Of a stretch of DNA of 64,000 nt, positions 59,700 through 64,000 are shown piece by piece. The stretch lies in the NCBI GenBank assembly GCA_965214935.1, contig CBDCCS010000016.1:1-64000 (forward strand). The letters run 5' to 3'. The position numbers and the translations under genes were made by a program. The stretch comes from Candidatus Velthaea sp. (GTDB lineage: Bacteria; Vulcanimicrobiota; Vulcanimicrobiia; Vulcanimicrobiales; Vulcanimicrobiaceae). The notes below the pieces were generated by a model, which saw only the letters and a list, made by a program, of their open reading frames with translations, did not search any database and was not told the origin of the DNA. The stretch's first letter is position 1. Every line of letters starts with the position of its first letter.

Positions 59700-59846
59700 A
59701 TGCCCGAAGTCTTCGAGGACGGCCCGCCGCGCCTGGTGGGCTACGCGCGGATCTCGACGGACGACCAGACGACGGCGCTGCAGGCCGACGCGTTGACGCG
59801 CGCGGCCGTCGATATGGAGACGACGAGTGCCGGCCCAAAACTTTAG
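59700..59846 (+). pseudogene. Truncated serine recombinase (resolvase/invertase) N-terminus
   Basis: MPEVFEDGPPRLVGYARISTDDQTTALQADALTRA.. then stop after 48 aa; YARxST catalytic-Ser motif. Confidence 0.85.
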
Positions 59847-60077
59847 GACCGTATACGCCTCAATAAAGAACCGCTCGCACGATACCTTAGCTCGCGTGCG
59901 TCGCGTTAAGTTATTCTTAATGTCGTTCTATCAGGCGCGTACCGTCTTTATGCGCACTTGACTAAGCTTGCCGGGATCCGGTTAGACGCAAGGACAACGG
60001 GAAGCCGGTGTTCGCAGGGATTCGTGCTCACGACTGAGGGGTGCGTCGCGTGGCAGCGCGAACGCGCGCCAACGAAC

Positions 60078-60689
60078 ATGAATTGGATAGGATGGACGCA
60101 GCGACTCGCCGCCATCGCGCAGAGCGGTTTGACGTATGCGCGCGACCCGTTCGATATCGAGCGCTACGAAGCGCTGCGCGAATTAGCCGCCGATGTCGTT
60201 GCCGAACACATCGGCGAGCCGGTACCGGTCGTCGTCGATTACCTGCGTCAAGAAGCCGGCTATGCGACGCCGAAAATCGACGTTCGCGGCGTCGTCTTCA
60301 AGGACGGTAAACTGCTGATGGTGCGCGAGCGCAGCGACGGCGGCTGGACGTTGCCCGGCGGTTGGGCCGACGTCAGCGATAGCCCGAGTTCGGCCGTCGA
60401 ACGCGAGATTCGCGAAGAAGCCGGCTACGATACGCGTACGGCAAAGGTGCTGGCCGTCTACGATCGCAATCGGCACCCGCATCCAGCGCAGATCTTTCAC
60501 GTCTGGAAGATCTTCATGCGCTGCGAAATAACCGGCGGCGCCCCGCGCGAAAGCATCGAGACCGACGGCGTGGCATTTTTCGATCGCGCCGCGCTGCCCG
60601 AACTTTCTGTCACGCGCATCACGACGCAGCAGATCGCAACGATGTTCGGCCACCATGACGATCCCGGACGCATGACCGATTTTGATTGA
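60078..60689 (+). CDS. NUDIX hydrolase (YjhB-like, with Nudix_N domain)
   Basis: AQSGLTY..FD.ERY, GYATPKIDVR, PGGWAD..EREIREEAG. Confidence 0.92.
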   Translation: MNWIGWTQRLAAIAQSGLTYARDPFDIERYEALRELAADVVAEHIGEPVPVVVDYLRQEAGYATPKIDVRGVVFKDGKLLMVRERSDGGWTLPGGWADVSDSPSSAVEREIREEAGYDTRTAKVLAVYDRNRHPHPAQIFHVWKIFMRCEITGGAPRESIETDGVAFFDRAALPELSVTRITTQQIATMFGHHDDPGRMTDFD

Positions 60690-60709
60690 CGACGATAGCA
60701 CCGGCGCGA

Positions 60710-62074
60710 TCAATCGCCGCTAACGGTCATCTCCGCCACACGAAACGACGGCGAAACGATCGTGCCGTCGAAGCGCAGGTCGTCGGCGACGGCATCGATC
60801 CCCGCGAGCATTTCCGTAAAGTTCGACGCGATCGTAAACTGATCGACCGGGTACGCCGGCTCGCCGTTTTCGATCCAAATACCGCGCGCGCCGCGGCTGT
60901 ATGTCCCGCTCGCGTGTTCGGTGGCAAAGCCGATGGTGTCGTACACGAGCACGCCGCGTTCCGTTGACGCAACGATCGACTCGAGCGTCGCATCACCGGG
61001 ATAGAGATACAAATTGTTTACGCCGATTCCGCCGCCCGCGGCATTCGCCGTCGACTGAGCGCCGAGCCGTCGGGCATAATACGTATCGAACAAGAACGTC
61101 TTGAGAACGCCGCGTTCAAACACCGTCGTCATTCGCGTCGGCGTGCCTTCGGCATCGAACGGCGATGTGCCGAGACCGCCGCGTAAACGTCCGTCGTCGA
61201 CGATCGTCACGTGCGCAGACCCGATCTTGTCACCGATCGAATCGGCAAGATACGAATTACCGACGGCGACGTTCGCTGCATTGAGTGCATTGAACAGGTC
61301 GCCGAGCACCGCTGCGGCGACATCGCGTTCGAAGATGACGGGAACGCGCATTGTTGCGGGGCGCCGCGCACCGCATAAATCGATCGCGCGCCGCACAGCG
61401 CGGCGCGCGACGTCGCCGACGCTCTCGAGCCCGGAGTAGCCGCGCGCCGCGGTACCGTATGCGCCTGCACGCAAGTCGGCGCCGTCGCGGGCGATCGGAT
61501 TGCTGCTGCGCGACGCGCTCGTGGCTCGGTAGGCTCCGCGAAAGCCCAGCGAATTAACCAGCCCGATCGTCACTTGCGAATCACTCGCCTGCGAACCACG
61601 CGAATTGTCAATGCGCGCATCGAGCGTCCGAATCACGCGCTCGAGTTCGAGCACGTCGTCGATCTTCGCCTCTGCTGCGCGACTTGCAACATCCGGCGCG
61701 ACCATTTCCAACAACGGATCGTCGGCGACGATCGCCACGCCGTCGGGTAAACCGGCATGCGCATCTTCACTCACGAACGCCGCTGCCGCAACGGCACGTT
61801 TCGCCAACGCCGCTATCCCGTCGTACGTGAGATCGGTCGTTGCAAACGCAGCACGGCGTCGGCCCACAAATGTCCGCATCGAAAGCGAACGGCCGCGCGA
61901 TTGTTCGAGTTTGGTGAGTTCGGTGTTACGCGCTTCGGCGGAGAAGCGGTCGTTGATGGTCAGCGTCGCTTCGGCCGCTGTCGCACCGTGACCGAGCGCC
62001 GACGCAACCGCGTGCGCGGCATATGCAAGTGCTTCATCAGCGGGATCGGAAGCCGGCGTCCCTTCGCGTTGCAT
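60710..62074 (-). CDS. pmbA: TldE/PmbA metalloprotease subunit
   Basis: SPFDAEG, LFDTYYAR, YSRGA.G..IENGE..YPV, SPS. Confidence 0.9.
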   Translation of the reverse strand: MQREGTPASDPADEALAYAAHAVASALGHGATAAEATLTINDRFSAEARNTELTKLEQSRGRSLSMRTFVGRRRAAFATTDLTYDGIAALAKRAVAAAAFVSEDAHAGLPDGVAIVADDPLLEMVAPDVASRAAEAKIDDVLELERVIRTLDARIDNSRGSQASDSQVTIGLVNSLGFRGAYRATSASRSSNPIARDGADLRAGAYGTAARGYSGLESVGDVARRAVRRAIDLCGARRPATMRVPVIFERDVAAAVLGDLFNALNAANVAVGNSYLADSIGDKIGSAHVTIVDDGRLRGGLGTSPFDAEGTPTRMTTVFERGVLKTFLFDTYYARRLGAQSTANAAGGGIGVNNLYLYPGDATLESIVASTERGVLVYDTIGFATEHASGTYSRGARGIWIENGEPAYPVDQFTIASNFTEMLAGIDAVADDLRFDGTIVSPSFRVAEMTVSGD

Positions 62075-62076
62075 CG

Positions 62077-63519
62077 CTATGCTTTGCCACCGACGGAACG
62101 GCCGCCGACGGTGCACGTCGCTAATTTGACCGTCGGCATGCCGACGCCGACGGGTACCAGTTGTCCACCCTTCCCGCATGTATAGCTACGGTTAGCCAAA
62201 CGTCCGTCGTTGCCCACCATGACCACCTTGGTCATCGCATCGGGGCCGTTACCGATTAATGTTGCCCCGCGCACCGGCGCCGTAATCTTTCCGCCTTCGA
62301 TGAGGTAGCCTTCGGCGACCATGAAAACAAAATCGCCTTTACTAATTTCGACTTGGCCGCCCGAGAACGATGCGGCGTAAATACCGCGATCGACCGACGC
62401 GATGATCTCCTCGAACGTCGAATCGCCGCTAGGCATGTAGGTGTTACACATGCGCGGTTGCGGCAACACGCGAAACGATTGACGGCGCCCGCTGCCGGTC
62501 GATGCAACACCCATGAGTTTGGCGTTCAAGCGATCCTGCATGTAGCCGCGCAGCACGCCTTGTTCGACGAGCACTTTATGCGTACCGGGCGTACCCTCGT
62601 CGTCGACGGCGACCGAGCCGCGTTCATCGGGCAGATTGCCGTCGTCGTAAATGGTAACGAGCTCACTCGCCACACGTTCGCCGACGCGGCCGCTATACAG
62701 CGACGTTCCCTGCCGGTTGAAATCGCTTTCAAGTCCGTGCCCGACGGCTTCATGCAACAGCACGCCGCCTCCGCCGGCACCAACGATTACGGGCATTTCA
62801 CCGGCCGGTGTTTCGCGCGCATCGAGGTTCGTTGCGGCGATGCGCGCCGACTCCGTTGCGATCTGTTCGGGCGAACGGGTCTGATATATTTCGATACCCG
62901 AGCGGCCGCCGTCGCCGTGATAACCGTTCGCTCGCCGCGCATCAGCTGTGGCCACGGTCTGCACGCCCAATGCGACGAGCGGCCGCACGTCGGTAACAAC
63001 TTCGCCGTCGCTCGTTGCGATCTGCACGAACTGCGTTTCATCGGTAACAAAAGCGTTGACGGCGGAGATCCGCGCATCGTAGGAGCGCGCGGCAGCATCG
63101 GCCCGCATCAGCAGATCGACATACGTTTGCGCCGGCGCCGCGCGTTCGGCAGGCCGATAAAGCGGCGGTGCGGAGCGCGACGCAAGATCGGCGACCGGTT
63201 CGCCGCGCGCGCCGTCATGCGCGATCAACGCCGCTACCTGGGCGGCATGCAGCAGTGCAGCGGGCGTGAGATCGTCGGAGTAAGCATAACCGGAACGCTC
63301 TCCGACAATTACACGAATGCCCGCACCGCGCACGACCGATACACCGGCTTCGTGAATTCGTCCATCTTGCAAGCGAAACGATTGCGTGCTTCGATGTTCG
63401 AAAAAGACATCGGCATAGTCTCCTCCGCGCCGCAATGCACGATTCAATAATTGCGCGAGCAAGTCACGATCGAGTCCGGTTTGCACGTGTGGAACGATTC
63501 GTTTCGCTGCAATAGGCAT
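62077..63519 (-). CDS. tldD: TldD metalloprotease subunit
   Basis: LLHEAVGHGLE (HExxxH), DDEG, GRRQS..PRMCNT, CGKGGQ.VPVGVG.PT. Confidence 0.95.
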   Translation of the reverse strand: MPIAAKRIVPHVQTGLDRDLLAQLLNRALRRGGDYADVFFEHRSTQSFRLQDGRIHEAGVSVVRGAGIRVIVGERSGYAYSDDLTPAALLHAAQVAALIAHDGARGEPVADLASRSAPPLYRPAERAAPAQTYVDLLMRADAAARSYDARISAVNAFVTDETQFVQIATSDGEVVTDVRPLVALGVQTVATADARRANGYHGDGGRSGIEIYQTRSPEQIATESARIAATNLDARETPAGEMPVIVGAGGGGVLLHEAVGHGLESDFNRQGTSLYSGRVGERVASELVTIYDDGNLPDERGSVAVDDEGTPGTHKVLVEQGVLRGYMQDRLNAKLMGVASTGSGRRQSFRVLPQPRMCNTYMPSGDSTFEEIIASVDRGIYAASFSGGQVEISKGDFVFMVAEGYLIEGGKITAPVRGATLIGNGPDAMTKVVMVGNDGRLANRSYTCGKGGQLVPVGVGMPTVKLATCTVGGRSVGGKA

Positions 63520-63579
63520 CCCCCGCCATACGAAATGCGGCAAGGTCCGCTCAGCGAGCGAACGGAATTTGCGCGGGCG

Positions 63580-64000
63580 ATGACGTCGTCGAATCCACCG
63601 TCTCCCGACTTGACAACGGCGCTTCGGCGAGCGGCAACGGCGCAACGCGACATACTCGAAGCGATCCGGCACACGCGGACGGCTATCGTCGCACTCGGCG
63701 GCGAACTTGCAGCGCTCATCGCGGCGATGCCGCCTGAAGACGTGCGGGCGATCGCACTCGGCGTCATCGTTATCTTGCGCGGCACGCCGACGGTCGAAGA
63801 CATACCGGGTCTAACGCTCGAATATTTACCTGCACTCGATGACGAATCATACGAGACGCGGCCCGGTGCGACGTCACTCTATGTCGAGGCGCTTGGTAAA
63901 GGCCAATCGCGTGTCTATCTCGAGGTGCGCTCGAGCCCCGGGCAAATCGTTTTGGCGACGTCGTCGATCCACGAACTCGACGAGTGGCTCGATGCGGTTC
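63580..64000 (+). CDS. Hypothetical protein, runs off the window end
   Basis: Frame open from ATG 63580 to the end (MTSSNPPSPDLTTALRRA..LDEWLDAV). Confidence 0.55.
   Translation, partial: MTSSNPPSPDLTTALRRAATAQRDILEAIRHTRTAIVALGGELAALIAAMPPEDVRAIALGVIVILRGTPTVEDIPGLTLEYLPALDDESYETRPGATSLYVEALGKGQSRVYLEVRSSPGQIVLATSSIHELDEWLDAV

Larger units (their letters stand above)
53700..59850. mobile_element. Lower-GC decaying accessory island
   Basis: Visibly more AT-rich than the flanks; pseudogenes and orphan ORFs; serine-recombinase stub at the right edge; no att repeat found. Confidence 0.6.

Noticed and set aside
60710..63519. tldD-tldE as part of a RiPP cluster
   Set aside because: No precursor peptide or modifying enzyme is adjacent; this is the ordinary housekeeping arrangement.

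Overview
High-GC bacterial chromosomal segment. The gene set (futalosine menaquinone genes, a beta-barrel-like outer-membrane protein, a tandem retropepsin protein) fits a diderm soil bacterium; Eremiobacterota/Vulcanimicrobiota is my low-confidence guess. Positions 1-48.6 kb are mostly housekeeping or metabolic: a GT2-HAD fusion and a carbamoyltransferase with 7 single-base indels, gltB, a bkdA1A2B 2-oxoacid dehydrogenase operon, queD-queE-mqnB-mqnD, namZ, trxB and an ABC-2 exporter operon. Highlights: (i) a class IB terpene synthase (YtpB/tetraprenyl-beta-curcumene synthase type) converging on a geranylgeranyl-reductase + di-iron ferritin-like operon, a candidate new terpenoid-tailoring system; (ii) a structured leader with c-di-GMP-I (GEMM)-like blocks and a terminator in front of a diguanylate cyclase; (iii) three intact ORFs that have lost their catalytic or cofactor ligands (M28/transferrin-receptor-like, bacteriophytochrome-like hybrid kinase, DDAH-like); (iv) a lower-GC, decaying island at ~53.7-59.9 kb with a shattered lipoprotein gene, a frameshifted immunity-like gene, a MarR-cupin-serine hydrolase module and a resolvase stub. 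The window ends with NUDIX and tldD-tldE. I saw no rRNA, tRNA or CRISPR array. All calls come from motif reading by eye; no database searches were run.
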